From positions 1 to 37,981 of IMG/VR virus record IMGVR_UViG_3300032218_000727: DNA of 37,981 nt; one strand, given 5' to 3'. The notes under the pieces were generated by a model. It made no database searches and was not told the origin of the DNA. It saw nothing but the letters and a program-made list of their open reading frames with translations. The DNA is from a virus. Its lineage: Duplodnaviria > Caudoviricetes. A program made the position numbers and the translations under genes. Positions within the stretch are counted from its first letter, which is position 1. The number at the start of each line of letters is the position of its first letter. Of the stretch, positions 15,412 to 24,500 are shown piece by piece.

Positions 15412-15702
15412 ATGAAAAAATTATTAGTAGCTGTATGTATATACAGTAGTGCTGCGTCAGCGCAAGTAACTACTTGGGAAAACTCACCATACAATTGGAA
15501 GAACTCCGATATGAACATTCAAAATAGTTCTATGGATTGGAAGAATTCTCCGTACAATTGGAAAAATAGCGAGTACAATATTTATGCTCCTACTGGGGTT
15601 TACGATAATAGCGGCAACCGTGTTGGGTATGAAACAATCAGTCCTAGCGGTGTAAAGAACTATTACGATAACACCGGCGAACGCAGAGCATACAGCAGAT
15701 AA
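15412..15702 (+). CDS. Exported protein with NSxxNWx heptad repeats
   Basis: Signal peptide MKKLLVAVCIYSSAASA; about five NS-spaced repeats; YDNSGNR/YDNTGER hairpins. Confidence 0.7.
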   Translation: MKKLLVAVCIYSSAASAQVTTWENSPYNWKNSDMNIQNSSMDWKNSPYNWKNSEYNIYAPTGVYDNSGNRVGYETISPSGVKNYYDNTGERRAYSR

Positions 15703-15711
15703 GAGGAAATA

Positions 15712-15879
15712 ATGATTGACTACGTAGAAACTACGATTGCATTACAAACAGGTAAGAGGAAACTGGATGACCTATTGCTAAAGAAGAAATACAAAGAGGC
15801 AGTCAATCAGGCAGACGATATGATTATTGCGTTGATTGATTTGAAATGGTGGCTAAGGAAACAAAATGAAAATAACTAA
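15712..15879 (+). CDS. 55-aa hypothetical protein
   Basis: MIDYVETTIALQTGKRKLDDLLLKKKYKEAVNQADDMIIALIDLKWWLRKQNENN; GAGG RBS. Confidence 0.6.
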   Translation: MIDYVETTIALQTGKRKLDDLLLKKKYKEAVNQADDMIIALIDLKWWLRKQNENN

Positions 15880-16747
15880 CAAGTATGACCTACCACAGAC
15901 GTTTGTTAACGTCTTGGAGCGTCCTAGCTACAACAAGGGTGCAGCCCATTTATCAGCTACTGAGCTACTCAATAGCCCGCAACTTGTACAACTGCGTAAG
16001 GCTCACTACGACAGCCTAGAACAAGATGCTATGGATATGGTCTGGTCGATCATTGGCACAGCAGTACACAATGTACTAGAGAAAGGTGCAGACGCTAATC
16101 ATTTGGTAGAAGAGCGTATCCATGCCCAGTTAGATGGATGGCATATCTCTGGTGCTATTGATCTTCAAAAGGTTCTAGAAAATGGTATTGAAATTAATGA
16201 TTATAAAACCGTAGGTGTTTGGGGAGTAATGAATGAGAAGAAGGAATGGGAAGAGCAGCTCAACATCTACGCATGGCTTGTTGAAACCGTTAAAAAGCAA
16301 CCAGTCGTTGGACTTAAGATTATTGCGATCATTAGGGATTGGACACGCAGAGATGCTGAGACTAGGGCTAATTACCCAGCAACGCCTGTGGCAACTATTG
16401 ATATCAAGCTATGGTCTATGGAAGAACGTGAAGCATTTATCCGTAACCGCATTCATGCCCACTCCGAAGCACTATTCGCTTTTGATACGGGAGCGACAAT
16501 GCCGCCTTGTACGACTGCCGAAATGTGGGAAAAAGAAACCGTCTACGCCCTTAAAAAAGACGGAGCTGTAAGGGCTAAGTCATTACATGCAACACAGGAA
16601 GAAGCAGATGAAGCATTAGAGAAAGCGGGCAAAGGATTCTATATTGAGACCCGTCCGGGCGAGCGTACACGTTGTAAGTACTATTGCCCAGTAAGTAGTT
16701 ATTGTAATCAGTACAAACTATACCAAGAGGAGCAGGAAAATGTTTAA
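15866..16747 (+). CDS. PD-(D/E)XK exonuclease (Cas4/RecB-like) recombination nuclease
   Basis: GTAVH..LE, ISGAID...INDYKT, QLNIY, C-terminal RC..YCPV...C; lies upstream of ERF. Confidence 0.85.
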   Translation: MKITNKYDLPQTFVNVLERPSYNKGAAHLSATELLNSPQLVQLRKAHYDSLEQDAMDMVWSIIGTAVHNVLEKGADANHLVEERIHAQLDGWHISGAIDLQKVLENGIEINDYKTVGVWGVMNEKKEWEEQLNIYAWLVETVKKQPVVGLKIIAIIRDWTRRDAETRANYPATPVATIDIKLWSMEEREAFIRNRIHAHSEALFAFDTGATMPPCTTAEMWEKETVYALKKDGAVRAKSLHATQEEADEALEKAGKGFYIETRPGERTRCKYYCPVSSYCNQYKLYQEEQENV

Positions 16748-16952
16748 TAAATTTATAAAAATGCTTGAGCAAGAGTTTATTGGTCAGTCCAAGATATGGT
16801 ATCCAGTCAACGACAGCATCTATTGTGGCCGCATGTCTGATGCAGAGATTGAAGGAATGCAAGCCCGCAATCAGGCAGCCATTCAAAAGTGTATTAAAGA
16901 CATGGGAGAGAAGTGGGTTTTACACAAGTCACATAGCGTCAAACATCTATGA
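16740..16952 (+). CDS. Hypothetical protein
   Basis: ORF in operon. Confidence 0.6.
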   Translation: MFNKFIKMLEQEFIGQSKIWYPVNDSIYCGRMSDAEIEGMQARNQAAIQKCIKDMGEKWVLHKSHSVKHL

Positions 16953-17167
16953 GTGCAAACGATCACCAAGTTGGAGGAAACCACTATGCTAGACATTCTA
17001 TACAGCCATGGGATTACATTGTTGCCAATGACCTCGGATACCTTGAGGGTAATATTGTCAAGTACATATCAAGATGGAAAGAAAAAGGTGGAGTTAATGA
17101 CTTGCGAAAAGTTATCCACTACGCAGAAAAATTAATTGAAGTAGCAACTAAAGAGGAAATGAAATGA
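16949..17167 (+). CDS. DUF3310 (T7 gp1.7-like nucleotide kinase domain) protein
   Basis: QVGGNHY...IQPWDYI...GNIVKY..RW..KGG..DL.K..HY. Confidence 0.85.
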   Translation: MSANDHQVGGNHYARHSIQPWDYIVANDLGYLEGNIVKYISRWKEKGGVNDLRKVIHYAEKLIEVATKEEMK

Positions 17168-17883
17168 GTGTTTATAAGAAGTTACAAGATGCCCGTATCT
17201 TGCTTCAGAATACAGAGCTGAAGAAATCAGGTCACAATAAGTTTGCCAATTACAAGTACTTTGAATTGGGGGACTTCTTACCAACGATCCAAAAGATCTG
17301 TGATAAGGTAGGTTTATGCGGCGTTGTATCGTTTAACCACGAGATGGCGTTCCTGCAGATCATAGACACAGAAGATGGTAGTTCCATTATGTTTACCTCT
17401 CCTATGTCTAGCGCCGCTTTAAAGGGCTGCCATGACGTTCAGAACTTAGGTGCGGTACAGACCTATCTGCGCCGTTATCTATGGGTTAACGCCTTTGAAA
17501 TCGTAGAGCATGACGCATTAGAGCCTTTGACTGGGAAGGAAGATCCAGTAAAAAAGCCTGATGCAGTAGTTGCTAAACCTGCGGCTACTGCTAGATCTGT
17601 TCCAATTGTTGATTCCATTAAGTTAGACAAGCCGACTAAGCTACCCGGAGAGTGGACGTTAAAACCACTGAACGATAAGGGTACTGCCGATCAGTGGATG
17701 GAAGAATTTGAAGCAGGATGTATGGCATTACTACAGTTGACCTCGAAAGAGGAAGATGTTTTAAACATATTTACAGTTAATCGTTCCTTGTTTGATCGGG
17801 CGAAAGAACTAGATACAGAGTTTTATACGGGCTTAATGTCCAAATTTACAGCAGCACGTCAATCTTTTAAAGAGGAGAAGTAA
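17164..17883 (+). CDS. ERF-family ssDNA annealing recombinase
   Basis: KKSGHN.F..YKY.EL.D; Q.LGAVQTYLRRY motif. Confidence 0.88.
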   Translation: MSVYKKLQDARILLQNTELKKSGHNKFANYKYFELGDFLPTIQKICDKVGLCGVVSFNHEMAFLQIIDTEDGSSIMFTSPMSSAALKGCHDVQNLGAVQTYLRRYLWVNAFEIVEHDALEPLTGKEDPVKKPDAVVAKPAATARSVPIVDSIKLDKPTKLPGEWTLKPLNDKGTADQWMEEFEAGCMALLQLTSKEEDVLNIFTVNRSLFDRAKELDTEFYTGLMSKFTAARQSFKEEK

Positions 17884-18147
17884 ATGGAGTATCCAAATAG
17901 CGGTTCATTGTTCCCATCAACCATTCGTAAATCAGACAAGTCACCGGACTTCTTTGGCAGCATCAAGCTAGATCCAGCGTATTTAAAAGATCTAATGTCT
18001 AAGAGTGATGGCTTGGTAGAAGTTAAATTGTCTGGCTGGAAACGTGAGTCTAAGACCGGCAATCGTTTTGTATCTATTGCGGTGGATACCTTTGTTAAGA
18101 AGGATGCAGCACCTGCTAAACAAGAGGAGAAGGATCCATGGGCGTAA
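17884..18147 (+). CDS. Small SSB-like OB-fold protein
   Basis: NSGSLF...K.PDF.G.I...LSGW......FVSI; acidic tail ending DPW; follows ERF. Confidence 0.65.
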   Translation: MEYPNSGSLFPSTIRKSDKSPDFFGSIKLDPAYLKDLMSKSDGLVEVKLSGWKRESKTGNRFVSIAVDTFVKKDAAPAKQEEKDPWA

Positions 18148-18464
18148 CCAAGAAAGCAACAGTCGTTGCTAAAATGGCAACTAAAAAGCGTGGTCGTCCA
18201 GTTGGTAGCCGAAACATCAAGACGTTGGAGAAGATGAAGGTTGGAGATACATTGTCTTTTGATGAACTTAACCGGCTTAATACTGCTCCCGCAAAGGTAG
18301 ATTGGGAAAAGCTGGCTAAACGATTACAAGAAGCCCTTGCTGCACAGATTAAAGAGGCTGATTCTTATAAGAAATTGTTTGAAGATATGAAAGCAAACTC
18401 CAAGTCGGTATCTTTACTTACCTTTTGGCAACGTATTAAGCTTGTGTTTACAGGGTCGTACTAA
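18138..18464 (+). CDS. Hypothetical protein with AT-hook-like motif
   Basis: KKRGRP motif plus coiled coil. Confidence 0.6.
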   Translation: MGVTKKATVVAKMATKKRGRPVGSRNIKTLEKMKVGDTLSFDELNRLNTAPAKVDWEKLAKRLQEALAAQIKEADSYKKLFEDMKANSKSVSLLTFWQRIKLVFTGSY

Positions 18465-18880
18465 TGGAAACCAGTCAGTTTGAAGCCAAGAAGGTAGCTC
18501 TCAAGCAGACTAAGGACGGCCATGTACTTACCTTAGCCATACACCCAGACGAGACTCCTGACGAGCTTCTAAGGGATTATGTAGGATCTAGGTACATGGT
18601 GGTCATGGTACGCCTTGGAGACGATGAGAAGCCGTTAAATCGTGAAGAGTATGCTGGCGCCCAAATGGTTAAGCTAGCAGGAATGCTATGCAGGGATGTC
18701 GACTTTTGGAAGTTCCTATTTGAAGATGGTCAGTTGTTTGAGCAGAACGAGATAGCTTGTATTGATTGGCTACAGTCTTACTTAAGCATTGGATCTAGAT
18801 CAGAACTCAAGACTAATCTAGCAGCTCAGGCAGAGTTTAAGAACTTGTATTCACAATATAAGGAATGGAAAAATGGCTGA
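18464..18880 (+). CDS. Conserved hypothetical phage protein
   Basis: 138-aa ORF, TAATG coupling. Confidence 0.7.
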   Translation: METSQFEAKKVALKQTKDGHVLTLAIHPDETPDELLRDYVGSRYMVVMVRLGDDEKPLNREEYAGAQMVKLAGMLCRDVDFWKFLFEDGQLFEQNEIACIDWLQSYLSIGSRSELKTNLAAQAEFKNLYSQYKEWKNG

Positions 18881-19160
18881 TGATTTACTAAAGCCGTATA
18901 GTATTTATCTTCCACAGACGCTTATCAATAAGCTGAAGAAGTTATCTAAGAGCCGTAAGGCATCCGCTTTTATTAGGGATGCTTTGTTGGTTGCCTTTGA
19001 TAAGGGAGATGAGTTTAATACCGGTTACAACAAAGGTTTACGGGACGCCTGTAAAGTAGTTAAAGATACCAAAGAAGCATCAACCCTTTTAATTGGCAAC
19101 CGCCGGTTAAATGATATTCTTATTGAAAATATTAAAATGTTAGAACAAAATGGAAAATAA
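18873..19160 (+). CDS. Putative ribbon-helix-helix DNA-binding protein
   Basis: YSIYLP..L..KL.......S.FIRDAL pattern. Confidence 0.55.
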   Translation: MADDLLKPYSIYLPQTLINKLKKLSKSRKASAFIRDALLVAFDKGDEFNTGYNKGLRDACKVVKDTKEASTLLIGNRRLNDILIENIKMLEQNGK

Positions 19161-19332
19161 GGATAAAGAACACATGCGGTTCCTAGCGGCTTGCTTTGCG
19201 CTGGTGAACTGCGGGAGTCCAGCAAGTGCTGTTAAAATGGCGGACGAACTTTTAGAGGAACTAGAAAGTGACAAGCCTATTACTGGCGGCATTATAGATA
19301 TTGTTCCAAAGCGCAAACGAACCAAAAGCTAA
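19150..19332 (+). CDS. Hypothetical protein
   Basis: ORF in operon. Confidence 0.6.
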   Translation: MENKDKEHMRFLAACFALVNCGSPASAVKMADELLEELESDKPITGGIIDIVPKRKRTKS

Positions 19333-19502
19333 TGAAGATACCAGTTATATCTGCAGTTATATTGATCGCTCTGTTTGCATGGTTATTCCATGCATATTCA
19401 GAGGTGTCAGTTTACGCCTGTTCTGAGGTTGATAAACAGAGTCCACATGACGTACAACAGCTTTGCGCCAAGGCCAGAAAGAACAGACCATGGATGAATT
19501 AG
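19332..19502 (+). CDS. 56-aa membrane-anchored protein
   Basis: MKIPVISAVILIALFAWLFHAYSEVSVYACSEVDKQSPHDVQQLCAKARKNRPWMN; TAATG coupling. Confidence 0.55.
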   Translation: MKIPVISAVILIALFAWLFHAYSEVSVYACSEVDKQSPHDVQQLCAKARKNRPWMN

Positions 19503-19648
19503 AAGAGGTTATACTAGCCCTTAGAGCGGCTGGTATGGCTATGCCGCAGTACCAAATACTACCGGACGGATCTTACTATTTCTACTATGGACAAGAAGAC
19601 ATTAATACTACAATTCATATCCAAGAATCCCGGAGTCAGGTCGATTGA
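19490..19648 (+). CDS. Hypothetical protein
   Basis: ORF 19463..19648; likely ATG at 19490. Confidence 0.45.
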   Translation: MDELEEVILALRAAGMAMPQYQILPDGSYYFYYGQEDINTTIHIQESRSQVD

Positions 19649-19841
19649 TATCAATGTAGGACTGGGCAGAGCCTCGATTGGCGCCCATACCAGAGCTTTA
19701 ATGGATCATGGAATGCTAGTAAGAGATGCCAACTTAGGCTGGCACCTAGCAGATGGATATGTTCTTAAAATAGAACCAAAAGCAATAACCCCTATAGACA
19801 TCGCAGCGGAATTCATCCGAAAGATGATTGATGTCAAATGA
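19587..19841 (+). CDS. Putative winged-HTH protein
   Basis: ILQFI..NPG.....I...LGRASI..H.R.L...G.L pattern. Confidence 0.55.
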   Translation: MDKKTLILQFISKNPGVRSIDINVGLGRASIGAHTRALMDHGMLVRDANLGWHLADGYVLKIEPKAITPIDIAAEFIRKMIDVK

Positions 19842-20133
19842 TCAACGAAAATATTTTTCGAGTCTTGCGGACCTCGGCTGCATACTTTGCCGACATCTCG
19901 GCTACGGACCTACACCTGCAGAGATACATCACATACGGCGGTTTGGAGGCAAGCGAGATAACTGTAAAGTCATTCCATTATGCACAGAACATCACCGAGG
20001 CAATACCGGTGTTCACGGACTTGGACATAAAAGATTTGACAAACATTATGGTATTACCGAAATGGAACTATGGGAAAGGTCGGAGCAAGTACTACACGAC
20101 AAGACTGAAAGTTCAAGACTATTTAAGCGGTAA
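19828..20133 (+). CDS. Ref/DUF968-like HNH-type Zn nuclease
   Basis: GCILC....TPAEIHH.R...VIPLC.EHHRG..G.H. Confidence 0.75.
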   Translation: MMSNDQRKYFSSLADLGCILCRHLGYGPTPAEIHHIRRFGGKRDNCKVIPLCTEHHRGNTGVHGLGHKRFDKHYGITEMELWERSEQVLHDKTESSRLFKR

Positions 20134-20176
20134 ACCTCAGATCATAGCTCAAGCAGATAGAAGTAGTTTTGGATTA

Positions 20177-20524
20177 TTACAACTCTAACGGATCGAAACC
20201 AAGTTCGTCTGATATCACTTTAGTACGACGCCTAAACTCTTGGTCGTGGTGAGTCCAGCGGTTTGTTTTCCATCGACTCATATGGACGGCTTCATGGCAT
20301 AGGACACGGATGACAGTTGATAAATGACCACATTTTTGGTCTGAAATAGTAATGGTATGTTCGTGATCGCCGCCATCATCGTAATAATAAGTACCCATTA
20401 CTTCTGGGTCTTGATCCACAATAAAGTTTACTTCTTCCGGTAGCGGCATAGGCCAGCGGGCAAACGGTTTCATACAGTAGATTGCACTGTATAAATTACG
20501 CAATATCGCTGGAGTTAGTTTCAT
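20177..20524 (-). CDS. SprT-like zincin (HExxH) metallopeptidase
   Basis: VLCHEAVH...HDQEF motif; ATGA coupling supports start 20524. Confidence 0.7.
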   Translation of the reverse strand: MKLTPAILRNLYSAIYCMKPFARWPMPLPEEVNFIVDQDPEVMGTYYYDDGGDHEHTITISDQKCGHLSTVIRVLCHEAVHMSRWKTNRWTHHDQEFRRRTKVISDELGFDPLEL

Positions 20525-21486
20525 ACCTGATTGATGCAGCCTCGGAACTCTACCTCTCCCTCGCCGCATACCTGTATAAGTTCTGGAAGCATTAGTCTAC
20601 CACGCTCAAACGACAGCAGGGCAAAGCCTTCTCGCCAGTCCTTGGGGTTATCTTCCGTGTACGCCATGAACTGTTCCCCATGGATGTTCGCTAGGCAGCC
20701 CGTTTGAACCCCATAGCGGGTTCCGTTGTAGTCGGTGAAGGGTTGGACAGCCAAATTGTGTGTGTGGCCTGTAATGATGTTACAGCCCGAATTAAGGGTA
20801 TTGGCACGACCAGCTCCAAAGCCACCCTTCCAACGGTGCTTAATCACGGTATCTTCGTTAACCCAGTATGACCAGCATGGTTTCCACAATGGAAAATGAT
20901 CTTTAAGGGTAAACCCTGCTACGCCTTCGTATGTACCCATTTGGGCTGATAGGAAGGTCTCAAAACGGGCATCATGGTTTCCAAGAGTCCAGATAAGCTC
21001 TGCCCCTACAGCAGCCTTCTCAATGCCTGCCATCATCTCCTGACAGGCTTCTAACTCTTCCTTGACTGTTGGGGTCTTCTCCCAGCCAATACGGGCGTGG
21101 CGGCTTGCTTGAGAGCCGTCAAACATATCTCCGTTAGCTACGACTACTTTGGGCTTGAACTCTTTGATGATCATTAGAAGAGCTTTGTATGAGGTGCTTA
21201 CATCATCAGGCCAGAAGTGAGCGTCTGAAAAGACTACTACTCTGCCTTTTTCTATTTCTATACCACGACGGGCATGACCGGGAGTTTGTTGTAATTTTTT
21301 TAGACTAGATTCCCTAGCATCATTATGCGTAGGTAATTCCATATTACGTTTGACTTCAATTGTTCGTCGTCGGTTATATACTGACCGAACATTAACTTTA
21401 TGCTTTTCAGCAAACTTTTGTGGGCTTCCCAGTTTCATCCATTCCTCGATAAACTGGTCATCGGTTAAAGCGTATCCAGCGGGCAT
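20521..21486 (-). CDS. Calcineurin-like metallophosphoesterase with N-terminal HTH-like region
   Basis: SDAH, NGD.FD, GNHD, H, GHTH: all five motifs. Confidence 0.9.
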   Translation of the reverse strand: MPAGYALTDDQFIEEWMKLGSPQKFAEKHKVNVRSVYNRRRTIEVKRNMELPTHNDARESSLKKLQQTPGHARRGIEIEKGRVVVFSDAHFWPDDVSTSYKALLMIIKEFKPKVVVANGDMFDGSQASRHARIGWEKTPTVKEELEACQEMMAGIEKAAVGAELIWTLGNHDARFETFLSAQMGTYEGVAGFTLKDHFPLWKPCWSYWVNEDTVIKHRWKGGFGAGRANTLNSGCNIITGHTHNLAVQPFTDYNGTRYGVQTGCLANIHGEQFMAYTEDNPKDWREGFALLSFERGRLMLPELIQVCGEGEVEFRGCINQV

Positions 21487-21567
21487 ATATTTCCTCTCTT
21501 ACGGTTTAATGCTTTTTACCATAAGTATTTTAAGAATGCACTACATTTATTTGATTTATAAGGGAAA

Positions 21568-24500
21568 TTACTTATTTAATTGTTTTCTCATTGTTTCTAT
21601 TTGTGCAGCCATATCAGACATTAGTATCTTCAAACGAACCATTTCTGCCCGTTTTTCATCGGCCGGAATATCTTTGCTGTTCTCAATAAAGCGAGACTGT
21701 TTACGCAGCTCAGAAAATTGTTTGCTAGTTTTATCGTATACCTTGGCAAGCGCAATATCCTTGCCTTTTTCTTCAATAATTTCTTGAACTTTAGCGGAGT
21801 CACCAAGCTCAGCATAATGGCGCATATCGGCCAATGCAGACTGTAGGTTGGCATTATTCTGATAGAACTGAGTCATATATTTAGACTGAGTTTCTGGTTC
21901 AGTTTTAATAAAGCCCATAGCCAATGTATCCACAATTGGAGGATGCACTTTAGTTCCTTCTTGGAACGGCTCTACTGCTAAGTCTGCTGTAGATGTAGCT
22001 GTTGCACCCAACCAACCAAAGTACGCTTTGATGGCATAGTCTACTTGTATTGGAGAGAAGCCTTGTGCCTGTGGATTAAATGTCAATACCTTAGCTGCGC
22101 CTTCACTAATACCACCTAAAGCTATTGCTACACCGCTAGTCTTGTTATTAACACGCTCTTGCTTGGATAGATTCTCCATACCAGCAGATTCAATTGGCGC
22201 CCCAGTAAAGCTGTCTTTATTGGCATAGAGATCAATCATTGGTTTGATCATCTGTGGCATTGGGTTTAATGACAAGGTATTGGCAAGGATACTGTTTAAG
22301 CGCTCAGCAAAGATCTTACCTTCTACGTTCTCATCAGTAATCTGCTCGTATGTACGTTCTGCAATGGTACCTAATGAACCAATTTCAAATGGTTTAGGAA
22401 TACGGAATGCTGTATCACCAATCTTAAACCACCAGAAGTTATCACGATCCCAGTCTTCACGGCGTTTAAAGTCTTCATCATCCTTATACATTCCATATAA
22501 AGCAAGGGAAGCTAGCATTACAGCGCTACTGATAGTTGTAAAGCGCATGGCTTTTTCTTTATCACCAATTTCCAAAGGAGCGCCCGTAGTAGCGTTGCAA
22601 ATTACACGATAGGTTGGGGTAACACCATCACGACCAAGCTTATACAGACCTTGTAAGCGGGCGTTAAAGAATGGAACTACAGATCCAATAATTTTAATTG
22701 CCTTGAACTGACCTTGCATGGAGAAGTCCATCAAGTCACGAGCCGCATAAGAAGCTTCTAAATGGGTTTTACCGCTGTCAATAAGCTTTTGGTATAGGGC
22801 TAGACGGTTAGCGTTTTCAAACTTATTACCTTGCTCGTTATACCATTCCAAAGCACTTTGTAATTTGGCTTTGATTTTATCGGGAGTATCTAAAATATGG
22901 TTAGCATTTACGCCTTTATCCACTAAACGCTTAATTAACTTAGCTTGATTGCCTTCATGGGCTACACCCATTTCAAAGATACCGCCAGCAGCTAATGCAG
23001 ACATAAATGTAGGATGACCATCTTTGCTCATGGCAAGACCGTTATATACGTTACTAAACATATTCGGTCCTAGCTCAGATACAGATGCAGACTGAATTGA
23101 GTCACGAATTAAGTTACGTACCTTATAAGCTGGACTCATGGTAATACCGTAACGTAGTGCGTTGGTAAATCCTTTAGCTACATCTAAGAACTGAGACTTG
23201 GGACCAAGATAAGAAATGGTAGCAATAGCATCTACTAGATCAGGGTCTGAAATTTGATAGTGAACGGCTTGCCCATCCTTCATTACCTTAACAGTATCTG
23301 GTGGGTATTTACCAGCAGTCATTGTTGCAATCTTAGCAGCGCCCATCTTTTCGGCGGCATCAATAGTTTTAACGGCGGCTTGGTTCTTCATGGCAGCAGA
23401 TAGGATGTGAGACCAGTTCATTAGAACGTTCTCCATCAAATCATTTAGCTTCTTTTCTCCGCCCTTAAGAGCCTTACTAAACTGTTGACCTGTTAGCTTG
23501 GATGCGCTGCTGACAGACTGGACATCACCATCTTCCATCATCTTATAGAATGGAATGTAATAAATGTCATTAGCAAACTTGTTATAGCCTTCTTGGTCAA
23601 TCAATCCAAGTTCTTTAGCAATCTGTAATACAGACTTGTTTAACTCATTCTCTTCTCGTAATGCTTGCTCGTACACTGCTTTACGTGGTTTTCCGTTTAA
23701 ATCACCTTTAATTAATTGATCACGACCAGCCACCAAATCAGCAGGCAATGAACGCTTATCAACAGGCAACGCAGCATCACGGCTCAAAGCTTTCCAGCTT
23801 TGGTATTGGTCTACTTCAGATCCTACTGGAGCAAGGATGTCCAATAGCCCTTTAGTGTTAGGTCTGATGTCTAATGCGCCATCCTTAAGGTATAGCTGAC
23901 CATACTCAAGCAATCCTTGTAATCCACCGTCAGTAGACTTGGAAAGACGTGCCATCATATAAGCAACCGGATCATACTTTTTAATAGCACGGAATTCATC
24001 AAACAAACCAGTAACCATTCGCTCAAAGAAATTCTTCTTAAGTCCTTCCATCTTCTCTTTAACGGTGGCCTTCTCTTGAGTAAAGGTGCTACGTAGTTTC
24101 TCAGCATATGCAGGATCTACGCCTTGCATTGGGGCTTTAAACTTCTTGCGCTCTGGAACTTCAGCACGGGCTTCCGATACGGTTGGTGCTTGAGTAGGTT
24201 TCAGCTTGCCTTCAGCCGCACGTTGGAATACAGACTCAGCAGTACGGAATCCTTTGCCCATAACTAAGTTACGTAGCTGTCCAAGGAATTGGCGTACACG
24301 ATTAGCCAACGCTTTAATTGCTGGCTTCTGCTTTTGATAATCAGCAAACGCATGAGCAATTGCTTCTTCTAATTGAATTTCTTTAGTCTCTTGACCGTAG
24401 CCTTTAGCAATATCATATTGCTTCATCCACTTAGACTTAGCCGTATCCTCAAGCATCTTCCACTCTTTATTGGAGAACATGCCAAGATCTTTCATGGCAT

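Noticed and set aside
15866-16747. Cas4-like nuclease as evidence of a CRISPR system
   Set aside because: No repeat-spacer array or other cas genes seen; its position beside ERF and SSB fits a standard phage recombination exonuclease
19838-20188. 116-aa ORF overlapping the Ref-like nuclease in another frame
   Set aside because: The overlapping frame carries the conserved Cys/His motifs; this one has none
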